64,000 bases of DNA from Actinomycetes bacterium (GTDB lineage: Bacteria > Actinomycetota > Acidimicrobiia > Acidimicrobiales > RAAP-2): NCBI GenBank assembly GCA_021846325.1, contig JAJZBX010000006.1:13841-77840 (forward strand), given 5' to 3'. Below, piece after piece: positions 47,201 through 56,024 of this stretch. Numbering within the stretch: the first letter of the stretch is position 1; every line of letters starts with the position of its first letter. A program made the position numbers and the translations under genes. Below the pieces are notes generated by a model. That model had not been told where the DNA came from and made no database searches. It saw nothing but the letters and a program-made list of their open reading frames with translations.

Positions 47201-47227
47201 TAGCGTGTATCGGTCGGTCGCTCCCAC
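44219..47227 (-). CDS. Degenerate metallophosphoesterase fused to LysX/MprF-type TM region and DUF2156 aminoacyl-phosphatidylglycerol synthase domain
   Basis: C-terminal TLDYFALRDDK, SPDPIG, LGDEAIVD, SLDLMRR, NGLIDY, LNFA, ESLWHFNAKYDPTWLPRY; N-terminal phosphoesterase-like motifs have lost their His residues. Confidence 0.85.
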   Translation of the reverse strand: MGATDRYTLPIPYGQHVYVVSDLSLSPTTNPASRPVRELIALLGDIDDAAVVVVAGNFLHPDPHVELATFLDQTLLALPTLAAALHAFTDHADHRLFVLPGADDAGLADPRAVRALGALGVEFARDLMLQVATADGVRDLAIAAGTSVVDASRADPSDRSDADRLEDPDALARFVASRTLYRRLAGWVWLPIVAVLVIDLWSTLTSIFNHLTDRHLHLALHLRIHAHHPSGFWGNLVTTVLVIVVIEGLVGAVAGLLVRRRFGRESRESTPHHFEPLAHTYVDEVDALEFARRIAERGGAGAVIGGTSRPALAFLDRGVCAAPGPSRTVIVERHGLLGLPPVFTSVDRLGIVEVEAASTVQVRLYTGQSPRRRATLLERVVAGSPVQPDLAGVTAVSGAWPTGNPYPVSVDRLAAQRRQRTIRRLVSGIIFLDGLVDVTVTSLPPLRSRLHAVEAYLPLGAAKYAAALTALAGVTMIMLARGLRRGQRRSWSVAVVVVAATAVFHVVRAGSLVSPLIAVVILTLLLVERPHFAATTDRTSVRAALPRLALIGAVVVVAATLGIEASSRHHALPGLATVVLASLERLVGITSIGLPDRIGDFVNPTLTTVGVALIVSTLYLVTRPVVDRRLSSTASSTERRLAELRAREIVRRHGRGTLDYFALRDDKQFFFFRDSLVAYAVYGGVALVSPDPIGPEAERSEAFSSFRAFADSRAWTVGVMGAGADWLPIYHAAGLHSLYLGDEAIVDCRHFSLEGGKMKGLRQARTRLARKGYTVEFLDPSNIDPARVPAILDLISMLRRGEAERGFSMMLGRLFNPKDKGLLLTVVHGPTGQPAAVCQFVPSPAIHGYSLDLMRRDPGEHPNGLIDYALCSTIEHLRGTGGQGLSLNFAAFRSVLDGERGEGTFTRVERWALRRLSGVLPIESLWHFNAKYDPTWLPRYLVYPAAESFVPVVAATFRAESLTEIPVLGRFLTHDPANRPGTVVPDEVLAAARRAEHPAGRP

Positions 47228-47274
47228 GGTCCCATTCTCGCAGAGTTCCCGGGGGCGGCCGCGGGCGACGGAGC

Positions 47275-47754
47275 ATGACGCACACACGGGAGAATTGGCA
47301 CTGGCGCGACGGACCCTCGAGCGGTCCGGCGGTGATCTTTGACATCGACGGCGTGCTGGCTGATGCGGCGGGGCGCCAGCACTTCCTCGACTGGGGCGAC
47401 TGGCGGCGCTTCTTCGAGGCCTGCGGCGACGATCCGGTGGTTGAAGAGATCGAACGGCTACTCGAGCTGCTCGACGGGGGGCTGACGATCGTACTGCTCA
47501 CGGGGCGACCCCGACGGGTCCAGCCGCACACGCTGGCCTGGCTCGAGCGCTACGGCCTGCGCTGGGACCTGCTCATCATGCGCGAGCACGGCGACTACGC
47601 CGGCGTGGACCAGTTCAAGCGGTCCGCGCTGGCCGACCTGCGCGACTTCGGCCTCGACGTCCGCTTGGCGCTCGACGACGACCCGAAGAACCACGCGATG
47701 TACGTCAGCGAGGGCGTGCCGTGCATCTACATCCACTCGGGTTACTACCTCTAG
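47275..47754 (+). CDS. HAD-superfamily phosphatase (polynucleotide 3'-phosphatase-like)
   Basis: FDIDGV, LTGRP, LDDDP. Confidence 0.8.
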   Translation: MTHTRENWHWRDGPSSGPAVIFDIDGVLADAAGRQHFLDWGDWRRFFEACGDDPVVEEIERLLELLDGGLTIVLLTGRPRRVQPHTLAWLERYGLRWDLLIMREHGDYAGVDQFKRSALADLRDFGLDVRLALDDDPKNHAMYVSEGVPCIYIHSGYYL

Positions 47755-47765
47755 GGGCCGTCGGT

Positions 47766-49196
47766 TCAGCCCAGGCGCGCGAGCGCGCCGGCCGCCGCCC
47801 GGCGTCCCGAGCCGATGCTCGCCGGGATCCCGACACCGTCGTAGGTGGCGCCGGCGAGCTCGAGTCCCGCGCGGGCGGCCGCGGCCCTGGCGGCGGCGAC
47901 GAGTCGATCGTGGCCGACGCGGTACTGGGGCAGACCGTCGGGGAAGCGCTGAGCCAGGGCGTCGCGCGCGGCGCCGGTGCCGGCGAGTAGGTGACGGACC
48001 TCGTCGGTGACCCGCTCGATCAGGGCGTCGTCGTCGAGGTCGATCCATCGCCGGTCGTCGATGCGCCCCACGTGGGCGCGCAACACGACGTCGTCGTCGC
48101 GGCGCAGGTGGGCCCACTTGCGGTCGAGAAACGTGAGGGCGGTGACGAGCATGGTGTCGCCTCGCCACGGCGTGGCGAGCGGGACGAGCACGCCGGTGCC
48201 GCGCTCGGGCAACACGACCTCGGAACGGTCGAACTGCAGGGTCACCATCGCGGCGCCGGCGCTGGTGACCCTGGCCAGGGCCGCGAGGTCGGGATCGAGC
48301 GGGCCAGCGAGTCGGGCGCTCGCCGCAGCCGAGGTCGCCAGCACCACCGCGTGGGCCGGCGTCGTCGTCGAATCAGTGTCCACGTCCCAGGCGTAGGCGC
48401 CCTCGCCTCGTCGCAGCGCCGTCGCGGCCGTGGCACGGCGAATGATGACGCCGCGCCCCTCGAGTCGCGCGGCGAGCTCAGTGGCGAGCGAGCCCACGCC
48501 CTCGGCCAGCGAGTAGAAGAGCGGGTCGGGGGTGACCGGTGCCGTCGAGGGGCCGGGACTGGGCGCGCTCGCGCGCATCGCCGCCATGAGCGAGCCCCCC
48601 GCGCGGGCCGCCTCGAGCAGCGCGGGGAAGACCGACTTGGCCGACAGGTCGTCGATCCGTCCCGCCTGGATGCCACCGACCATTGGCTCGACGAACCGGT
48701 AGGCGAGCTCGGCGCCGAGCTTGGCGCGCACGATGCGGCCGATGGTCTCGTCCTCGCCGACGGTGAGCCGACGCGGCAGCCACTGGTCGCGTCGCGCCGC
48801 CAGGCGCGCGCGGTAGCTCAGGCCCCCCAGCGAGGCGACCGACGCGTACGACGTGGGCACGCCGAGCGCGACGCCGCGGGGGATCTCGTAGAGCCGTTCG
48901 CCCAGCCAGAGCCAGGCCCCGCTCGCCCCAATCGCCTCCAATCGGTCGCCCCAGCCGAGCTCGCGCACCAGCGCGGTCGCCTCCGGTCGTCGAGCGAGGA
49001 AGCCGTCGGGTCCCACGTCAATCGTGCGCCCCGCGAAGGTGGTCGTGGCGAGCGAGCCGCCGACGCGTTGGCTGGCCTCGAGCACTTCGACGCGCGGCGA
49101 GTTAGGACCCGGGCCGCGCTCGCCGCCCGACAGGTCCCACGCCGCGGCCAGGCCACTGATCCCGCCACCGATCACGACGACCGACGTTCGGCTCAC
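47766..49196 (-). CDS. hemG: Coproporphyrinogen/protoporphyrinogen oxidase (HemY/CgoX type)
   Basis: IGGGISGLAAA, DVGPDGFL, EPMVGGIQAG, LPQYRVGH, YDGVGIPA. Confidence 0.92.
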   Translation of the reverse strand: MSRTSVVVIGGGISGLAAAWDLSGGERGPGPNSPRVEVLEASQRVGGSLATTTFAGRTIDVGPDGFLARRPEATALVRELGWGDRLEAIGASGAWLWLGERLYEIPRGVALGVPTSYASVASLGGLSYRARLAARRDQWLPRRLTVGEDETIGRIVRAKLGAELAYRFVEPMVGGIQAGRIDDLSAKSVFPALLEAARAGGSLMAAMRASAPSPGPSTAPVTPDPLFYSLAEGVGSLATELAARLEGRGVIIRRATAATALRRGEGAYAWDVDTDSTTTPAHAVVLATSAAASARLAGPLDPDLAALARVTSAGAAMVTLQFDRSEVVLPERGTGVLVPLATPWRGDTMLVTALTFLDRKWAHLRRDDDVVLRAHVGRIDDRRWIDLDDDALIERVTDEVRHLLAGTGAARDALAQRFPDGLPQYRVGHDRLVAAARAAAARAGLELAGATYDGVGIPASIGSGRRAAAGALARLG

Positions 49197-50101
49197 GAGT
49201 GGGCGACGACCACGTCGGCGAGCACCGCGATGAAGTCGGGGTCGTCGTTCAACGATCGGGTGCGCACGAGGTTCAGGCCGACCTCGCGGGCGACGGCCTG
49301 GGCCTCGACGTCGATGTCGTAGAGGACCTCGAGGTGGTCCGCGACGAAGCCGATGGGACACGAGACGACGTCGGTGAGACCGGCGGCCCGCTTAGCGCGC
49401 AGCACGCCCAGGATGTCGGGGCCGATCCAGGGCTCGGCGGTGCGTCCGGCCGACTGCCACGCCACGTCCCACGCGTCGACGCCCGCGAGTTGCGCCGCGC
49501 GCTCGGCGCTCGCGCGCAACTGGTCGGGGTAGGTGTCGCCGTTGGCGATCACGCGCTCGGGCAGGGAGTGGGCCGAGAAGATGACCTCGGTCGTCGCCCG
49601 GCGCGCCGGGGGAATTGTCGCCAGTGCGTCGTCGACGTAGCGAGCCACGAGTTCGAGAAAGCCGGACGTCGGCCACCAGGCCCCCGTGGCGCGAAAGGTG
49701 ACGCCGTCGCCCAGTGCCTCCTTGGCGCGGCTCATGTACTGGTCCGTCGACATCGTCGACGAGTGCGGTGCGAGCGCGAGGCCAATCACGCTCGTCAGGC
49801 CGTCGTCGCGCATCGAGGCGGCGGCCTCTTCGATGAACGGTGGCTCGTACTTCGAGCCGAAGCGTACGTCGAAGGCGCCCGGCGCCCGGCGCTCGAGCGC
49901 CGCGGCGAGTGCCCGGACCTGCTCGGTGGTGCGCGCCGCGAGCGGCGAGGTCCCCCCGATGGCCGCGTAGCGCCGCGTGAGGTCGGCCAGTAGTTCGGGC
50001 GTGGGGGGGTGGCCGTGACGAATCCTCGTGTAGTAGGGCTCGATGCCCTCGGGCGAGGCGGGCGTGCCGTAGGCCATGACGAGCACGCCGACAGCCTTCA
50101 T
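49193..50101 (-). CDS. hemH: Ferrochelatase (coproporphyrin III type)
   Basis: MAYGTP, GGTSPL, FSAHSLP, WQSAG, GFVADHLEVLYDID. Confidence 0.96.
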   Translation of the reverse strand: MKAVGVLVMAYGTPASPEGIEPYYTRIRHGHPPTPELLADLTRRYAAIGGTSPLAARTTEQVRALAAALERRAPGAFDVRFGSKYEPPFIEEAAASMRDDGLTSVIGLALAPHSSTMSTDQYMSRAKEALGDGVTFRATGAWWPTSGFLELVARYVDDALATIPPARRATTEVIFSAHSLPERVIANGDTYPDQLRASAERAAQLAGVDAWDVAWQSAGRTAEPWIGPDILGVLRAKRAAGLTDVVSCPIGFVADHLEVLYDIDVEAQAVAREVGLNLVRTRSLNDDPDFIAVLADVVVAHS

Positions 50102-51129
50102 ACGCCGGCCCGGCCCTCTTCGTGCACCACGCGAACGATCGCCTCGAGCACCGCGGGGTCCGTCGCCGGCAAGACGCCGTGACCCAGGTTAAAGACGTAG
50201 CCCGGTGCCGCGCCGGCGCGCGCGAGGACCTCGCGTGCGCCTTGGACGCCGAGCTCGATGCCGCCGAGGCACCGGGCTGGATCGAGGTTCCCCTGGACGG
50301 CGCGGTCCCCGACGCGCCGACGACCCTCGTCGAGGTCGACGTGCCAGTCGATCCCCACGACTGAACTGCCCGCCGTTGCCATGAGGTCCAGCAACTCGCC
50401 GGTGCCCACCCCGAAGAGAATGGTGGGCACATCCAGGTCGGCGATCGCCTCCAAGACGCGCGCGGTCGGCTCGAGGGCGAAGCGCCGGTACTCGTCGCGC
50501 GTCAAGGAGCCGGCCCACGAGTCAAAGAGCTGCACGGCGCTTGCCCCGTGGGCGACCTGGGCGCGCAGGAAGGCCACGGTGATGTCGACCAGGCGATCCA
50601 GCAGCCGTGCGAAGAGGGCGGGTTCGGCGTGCATGAGCGTCTTGATCAGCGCGAAGTCGCGCGTCGGCGCCCCCTCGACGAGGTAGCTCGCGACGGTGAA
50701 GGGGGCACCAGCGAAGCCGATGAGTGGCGTGTCGCTGGCGCGCAACGCCGCGACCACGAGGTCGACGGTCGCGGTGACGTGGGCGACGTCCTCGCCTTCG
50801 AGTGGGCGCAGGCGCTCTAAGTCCGCCTCGCTGCGAAAGGGTTGGGCGATTACTGGCCCGCGTCCGGCCACCACGTCGACACCGAAGCCAATCGCGTGGT
50901 ACGGCACCACGATGTCGGAGAACAGAATCGCAGCGTCCACGCCGTAGCGCCGCACCGGCTGCATCGTGATCTCGTGGGCGAGTGCCGGATCGGCGATGGC
51001 CTCGAGGATCGATCCGGTACCGCGCAACGCGCGGTACTCGGGTAGCGAACGACCGGCCTGGCGCATGAACCAGACCGGGACGTGGTCGACGGGTTCCCCC
51101 CGACAGGCCTTGAGAAAAGCTGACTCCAC
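50098..51129 (-). CDS. hemE: Uroporphyrinogen decarboxylase
   Basis: PVWFMRQAGRSLPEY, AILFSDI, GFAGAPFT, QGNLDP, FNLGHG. Confidence 0.97.
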   Translation of the reverse strand: MESAFLKACRGEPVDHVPVWFMRQAGRSLPEYRALRGTGSILEAIADPALAHEITMQPVRRYGVDAAILFSDIVVPYHAIGFGVDVVAGRGPVIAQPFRSEADLERLRPLEGEDVAHVTATVDLVVAALRASDTPLIGFAGAPFTVASYLVEGAPTRDFALIKTLMHAEPALFARLLDRLVDITVAFLRAQVAHGASAVQLFDSWAGSLTRDEYRRFALEPTARVLEAIADLDVPTILFGVGTGELLDLMATAGSSVVGIDWHVDLDEGRRRVGDRAVQGNLDPARCLGGIELGVQGAREVLARAGAAPGYVFNLGHGVLPATDPAVLEAIVRVVHEEGRAGV

Positions 51130-51243
51130 CGCACTCCTTGTACGTCACTCAATCTAGGTGCCGCGTCAAGGGCGCCGTCGGAGGCGACCGCGCCGGTCAA
51201 CTAGAATCGATAGACCCCGAACGCGGGACCAGGAGACGTGGCA

Positions 51244-53547
51244 ATGGCACATCAGCGCGAAATCGCCGAGGAGCAGGCCTTCCTCGATCGCGCGCTCGGC
51301 GCGCTCGATCACATGCGCGCCGAAGCTCGATCGCTGCGCGACAGCGCCGCCGTGGCGACGATGCGCGGCGCCGGGGATCTCGTCGAACGCGACGTGGTGA
51401 TGGGCACGGCGTTGCACCGACTCGATCAGCTCGCCATTGGTGACCAGCCGCTCTTCTTCGGTCGGATTGACTACGCGCCCGACGCCGACGGGGTCGCCGA
51501 CGTCTATCACGTGGGGCGCCTCGCGGTCTCCGACGAGCAGCTCAACGCGCTCGTCGTTGACTGGCGGGCCCCGGTGGCCGAGGCCTTCTATCGCGCGACG
51601 GGCGTCGAGTCGCTCAATCTTCTTCGTCGCCGACACGTCGCGATACGCAATCGCGAGGTCACCGGCGTCGAGGACGAGTACTTCGCCGATTCCGACGGCG
51701 AGCTCGCGCTGCCCGAGGACGGTCGTCGCGAGGCGACCGCTGACGGGCTGGTGGACGGCGGGCTCGCCCTCGGCGGACCCGGCTCCCTGCTCGCCGCGCT
51801 GGGTCGAGCCCGCACCGGCCGCATGGGCGACATCGTGGCGACCATTCAGGGCGAGCAGGACCGGATCATTCGCGCGCCGCTCGCCGGGGTGCTGCTCGTC
51901 CAGGGCGGACCCGGCACCGGCAAGACGGCGGTCGCCCTGCACCGGGCGGCGTACCTGCTCTTTACGCACCGCGCCACGCTCGAGCGTCAGGGGGTCCTCG
52001 TCGTTGGCCCCAACCCGCTGTTCTTGAACTACATCGAGAACGTGCTGCCCTCGCTCGGCGAGTCCGGCGTGACGCTGTCGACGATCTCGGGGCTGGTGAT
52101 CAACGTCACCGTACGAGGTCGCGATACCGACGAGGTCGACCGGCTCAAGGGTGACCTGCGGATGGTCGCGGTCATCGCCAACGCCGTGCGCACCCGCGAG
52201 CGCCCGCTGCGCGACGACGTCGAGATTCCCGTGGGCCGCGCGATCATCCTGCTTCGCGCGCGCGAAACGCGTGACGTGGTCGAGCGGGCCCGCCGACGTC
52301 CCGGTAATCACAACCAACGCCGCTCGGCCGTCGGCCGCGAACTGGCCAACCGACTCGCCTCGCAGTACTACCAGCGCTTCGCGCGCGACGAGGGCGAGGG
52401 CGCCAGCGGCGTCACCGAACTGGCCGATCAGATTCGCGCGACGCCGGCCTTCCAAACTGCCCTACAACGCATGTGGCCCCGGCTCTCGGGACCCGAACTG
52501 CTGCACGACCTCTACGGCGCGCCGGCCCTGATTCGCGCCGCGGCCGCCGGTATCCTCAGCGAGGCCGAGTGCGACCTGTTGGTGCGGCCCCGGTCGGCGT
52601 CCCTCGACGACGTGATCTGGACGACGGGCGACGCAGCGTTGATCGATGAGGCCCGCGTCGTGCTCGGGCCGCGACGTCGCCCGCGACCGATCCCCAAGGC
52701 GACCGATTCGCTCAGCGTCGACGGCGTCGACCTCGATAGCTATCGCGGCGACGTGCGCGCGGCCGCACTACGCGAGGCGTCGCGCCAAAGCGTCGTGCCC
52801 TCGGTCGAGCTCGACGAGGCGGAGTTCGTCACCTACGGGCACATCGTCATCGACGAAGCCCAGGACCTCTCGCCGATGGAACTGCGCATCCTGCGCCGAC
52901 GAGACCTCACCGGTTCGATGACGATCGTGGGCGACATGGGCCAGGCGACCACGGCCTCGTCGAGCGCGTCGTGGGACACGGTGCTCGCGGTCCTCGAGCC
53001 GCGTCGGGTCCCCACCCGCGTGGATCTCACCGTGAGTTACCGAACGCCCGAAGAGGTGCTGCGCTTCGCCGCGCCGACGCTCGCTGCGGCCGCGCCCGAC
53101 CTCGAGCCACCGCGACCGGTGCGCCGCGTCGGCGCCGAGCCGATGGTCGAAGTCGTGGCGCCCGAGCACTTCTCGAACGCGCTGATCGCGGCGGCAACGC
53201 GCGAGCGCGCGGCGGTGGCGCCCGGTCGCGTCGCGGTGATCGTCAGTGAACAGCTCGTCCCTAGCGTCCTTGCGATCCTGCACGCGGGCGGGGTGGCGGC
53301 CGTGGACCCCCGCGACCAGGACTCTGACGGGCTGGCCGCCGATCTCGTGGTGCTCGGCGCCGAGGCGGCCAACGGGCTGGAGTTCGACGCCGTCGTGGTC
53401 GTGGAGCCGTCGAGGATCGCCGCGCGCGGCGCCGACGACGGTCGGGCGACCAACCGGGGGCTGCGTACGCTGTACGTGGCGATGACGCGCCCCACCCGCC
53501 GACTGGCAATACTGGCCACCGAGCCGCTGCCGCCGACTTTACTGTGA
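51244..53547 (+). CDS. HelD/HelR-like RNA-polymerase-associated SF1 ATPase
   Basis: GRLAVSD...DWRAP, DIVATIQGEQDRII, QGGPGTGKT, IDEAQD, GLEFD, LYVAMTR. Confidence 0.85.
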   Translation: MAHQREIAEEQAFLDRALGALDHMRAEARSLRDSAAVATMRGAGDLVERDVVMGTALHRLDQLAIGDQPLFFGRIDYAPDADGVADVYHVGRLAVSDEQLNALVVDWRAPVAEAFYRATGVESLNLLRRRHVAIRNREVTGVEDEYFADSDGELALPEDGRREATADGLVDGGLALGGPGSLLAALGRARTGRMGDIVATIQGEQDRIIRAPLAGVLLVQGGPGTGKTAVALHRAAYLLFTHRATLERQGVLVVGPNPLFLNYIENVLPSLGESGVTLSTISGLVINVTVRGRDTDEVDRLKGDLRMVAVIANAVRTRERPLRDDVEIPVGRAIILLRARETRDVVERARRRPGNHNQRRSAVGRELANRLASQYYQRFARDEGEGASGVTELADQIRATPAFQTALQRMWPRLSGPELLHDLYGAPALIRAAAAGILSEAECDLLVRPRSASLDDVIWTTGDAALIDEARVVLGPRRRPRPIPKATDSLSVDGVDLDSYRGDVRAAALREASRQSVVPSVELDEAEFVTYGHIVIDEAQDLSPMELRILRRRDLTGSMTIVGDMGQATTASSSASWDTVLAVLEPRRVPTRVDLTVSYRTPEEVLRFAAPTLAAAAPDLEPPRPVRRVGAEPMVEVVAPEHFSNALIAAATRERAAVAPGRVAVIVSEQLVPSVLAILHAGGVAAVDPRDQDSDGLAADLVVLGAEAANGLEFDAVVVVEPSRIAARGADDGRATNRGLRTLYVAMTRPTRRLAILATEPLPPTLL

Positions 53548-53578
53548 GTCATCTCAGAGGCCATATAGCGTTTGCTCC

Positions 53579-53600
53579 TTGACGTCAAGTAGAAATGATG
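53579..53600 (+). promoter_or_regulatory. Perfect palindrome TTGACGTCAA followed by GTAGAAATGATG upstream of ctaE
   Basis: Palindrome at 53579-53588; 12-mer at 53589-53600 identical to the one at nuoA. Confidence 0.5.
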
Positions 53601-53602
53601 TC

Positions 53603-54199
53603 GTGAGTCAGGCGATTCCCCTCGAAAGCCTGGCGAAGCCGGAGAAGATCGTCCACGATCGTCCGCCGATGCTGGCCATCGGCGTGATGATCTGGCTGGG
53701 TAGTGAGTTGATGTTCTTCTCGGGGCTCTTCGCCGCCCTCTTCACTATTCGCGCCCACTTGGCCGCGTGGCCCCCGACCGGTACGCACTTGGACACCCTG
53801 CAGGCGGGGATCTTCACCGTGGTGCTGGTGGCGTCTTCGGGCACCATGCAGTGGGCGGTGTGGCTGGTCGAACACCGCCGACGCGAAGAGGCGCGACGAT
53901 GGATCATCACCACGATGATCATGGGCGCGGTCTTCGTCGGCAATCAGGCGTACGAGTGGATCCACTTGACCACGCGCTGGTACACGAACGCCTACGGTTC
54001 GGTGTTTTACATCACGACCGGCCTGCACGGCCTGCACGTCTTTCTCGGGCTCGTGGCCATGGCCTTTCTGCTGTATCGCATGCGAGGTCGCGAGGGCGAC
54101 CCGGGTGAGTTGGCCGCCTTTCAGGGCGTCAGTTACTACTGGCACTTCGTTGACGTCATCTGGGTAGGGCTTTACTCCTCCCTCTTCCTGCTCAAGTAG
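53603..54199 (+). CDS. ctaE: Cytochrome c oxidase subunit III
   Basis: WLGSELMFFSGLF, TGLHGLHV, YWHFVDVIW. Confidence 0.93.
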   Translation: MSQAIPLESLAKPEKIVHDRPPMLAIGVMIWLGSELMFFSGLFAALFTIRAHLAAWPPTGTHLDTLQAGIFTVVLVASSGTMQWAVWLVEHRRREEARRWIITTMIMGAVFVGNQAYEWIHLTTRWYTNAYGSVFYITTGLHGLHVFLGLVAMAFLLYRMRGREGDPGELAAFQGVSYYWHFVDVIWVGLYSSLFLLK

Positions 54200-54201
54200 G
54201 T

Positions 54202-55089
54202 GTGGTGAGCACGTCACGACGCGTACGGCTCTGCGCCGGTGGTCTGGTCGCCTTCGTGATCCTGGCCCCGCTGGCGTGGTTCAGCGCCGCGGGTGCGGCG
54301 ACGCACCCCATCTACCAGACCGGTCGTTTCAACGCCGGCACGCCCAACTCGAGCGTGGTGATAAGAAAGCACGGCGTCATCACGTCCTACGGCGACTCGG
54401 CGATCACCTACAACGCACCCTCCTCGGCGCTCGCGGCCCTCGGCCGGGCGCTGTACCTGCAGAACTGCGCCACCTGTCACGGCGTGGACGCCAACGGTGT
54501 GCCGCCGGCCGGCACCACGGGGGCCTACCCGAACCTCGTGGGTCTCGGGCCGGCCACGATTGACTTTTGGATCGAGTCGGGGCGAATGCCCTCGTCCGAC
54601 CCCCGCTCGGTTCAGGCGATGCGTCGCCAGCCTCGACTCACCCACGATCAGGCGCTGGCCATCGCGGCGTGGGTCAACTCGCTCTCGCCCAGTTACCCCT
54701 ACATCCCGACGGTCAACGTCAAGGACGCCAACGTCGCCAACGGTGCGGCGCTCTTCGCGCTGAACTGCGCGGCTTGTCACACCATCGAGGGTGACGGCGA
54801 CGCGCTCGCGCGCAGCACCTTCGCCCCGTCGCTGCGCAATATTCCCGCCACCCAGGTCGCCGAGGCGATCCGCACCGGCCCGGGCAACATGCCGCGCTTC
54901 ACCGGCAACCTCAGCGACTTCCAAGTCGCCGACATCGTCAAGTACGTCACCACCGAGATCCAGCACCCTCGTAACCCTGGCGGCTTCGGCCTCGGCGGCC
55001 TCGGACCAGTGGCCGAGGGCTTCGTCGGCCTGTTGATCGGCGTCGGCGGACTGGCCCTCATCGGATTCTGGGTAGGAGAACGCCAGTGA
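54202..55089 (+). CDS. qcrC: Cytochrome bc1 diheme cytochrome c subunit
   Basis: CATCH and CAACH; TGRMP-like SGRMP; GPVAEG before the C-terminal TM. Confidence 0.93.
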   Translation: MVSTSRRVRLCAGGLVAFVILAPLAWFSAAGAATHPIYQTGRFNAGTPNSSVVIRKHGVITSYGDSAITYNAPSSALAALGRALYLQNCATCHGVDANGVPPAGTTGAYPNLVGLGPATIDFWIESGRMPSSDPRSVQAMRRQPRLTHDQALAIAAWVNSLSPSYPYIPTVNVKDANVANGAALFALNCAACHTIEGDGDALARSTFAPSLRNIPATQVAEAIRTGPGNMPRFTGNLSDFQVADIVKYVTTEIQHPRNPGGFGLGGLGPVAEGFVGLLIGVGGLALIGFWVGERQ

Positions 55090-56024
55090 GCGATCAACAC
55101 GAACGACGCACGCCGGTAAGCCTGACGGGGCTGCGCGAGGATGACCCGCACCTCCAACCCGCCGCGCGCAACCCGCGACTCGTCGAGCGCGTCATCGCGC
55201 TCACCTTCCTGCTCGGCCTGGCTCTGGTCGTCGGCTTTGGCGCTAGCTACTGGGTGAACGCCACGCCGTGGATCCTCGGGGCGACGTTGGGCGGTGGTCT
55301 CTTCTTCCTCGGGGTCGGACTCGTGGCGTGGGGCAAGTACCTGATGGCGAGGGGACCCTTCGTCGAAGAACGCCACACGCTCGCCAGCAGCGAGGCCGAT
55401 CGCGAGGCGTTCGTCGCGGCGATCGTGGAGCGCGGCGGCGGCGTGGTGAAGCGGCGCAAGGTGCTCGGCGGCCTGCTCGGCGGCGGCCTGGGTGCCTTCG
55501 GTATCGTCGCGCTCTTTCCCCTCTTGCGCAGCCTCGGCCCACTGCCCAAGGGCACGCTCTTTCACACCGATTGGCGTGCGGGCTCGTACGCCGTCGATCA
55601 GACCGGCCGGCGCATCCACGTCACCGATCTCGCGGTCGGCTCCATCGTGACGGTCTTTCCCGAGGGCACCCAGAACACGGACCGGGGCCAGGCCGTTGAC
55701 CAGACCGTGCTGATCCGCCTGTCCAACGAGAACTTCACCACCCAGAAGGGACGCGAGTCGTGGGGGCCGATGGGCTACATCGCGTACTCCAAACTCTGCA
55801 CGCACCTGGGCTGCCCGGTGGGGCTCTACGAACAGCAGTTGCAGCTGCTGGTCTGTCCGTGCCACCAGTCGATGTTCAACGTGAACAACGGGGCCATCCC
55901 CGAGTTCGGCCCGGCCCCGCGGCCCTTGCCCCAGTTGCCGCTCTACATTGACGCTGCGGGCTACATCCGTTCCCAGAGCGACTACAACCAGCCCGTTGGG
56001 CCCGGATTCTGGGAGCGCTCGTGA
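55086..56024 (+). CDS. qcrA: Cytochrome bc1 Rieske subunit
   Basis: CTHLGC and CPCHQS, FGPAPRPLP. Confidence 0.95.
   Translation: MSDQHERRTPVSLTGLREDDPHLQPAARNPRLVERVIALTFLLGLALVVGFGASYWVNATPWILGATLGGGLFFLGVGLVAWGKYLMARGPFVEERHTLASSEADREAFVAAIVERGGGVVKRRKVLGGLLGGGLGAFGIVALFPLLRSLGPLPKGTLFHTDWRAGSYAVDQTGRRIHVTDLAVGSIVTVFPEGTQNTDRGQAVDQTVLIRLSNENFTTQKGRESWGPMGYIAYSKLCTHLGCPVGLYEQQLQLLVCPCHQSMFNVNNGAIPEFGPAPRPLPQLPLYIDAAGYIRSQSDYNQPVGPGFWERS

Noticed and set aside
51157-51176. Possible rifamycin-associated element (RAE) upstream of the HelD/HelR-like gene
   Set aside because: ggtgccgcgtcaagggcgcc only loosely resembles the RAE palindrome and lacks its symmetry; the gene was not called helR.
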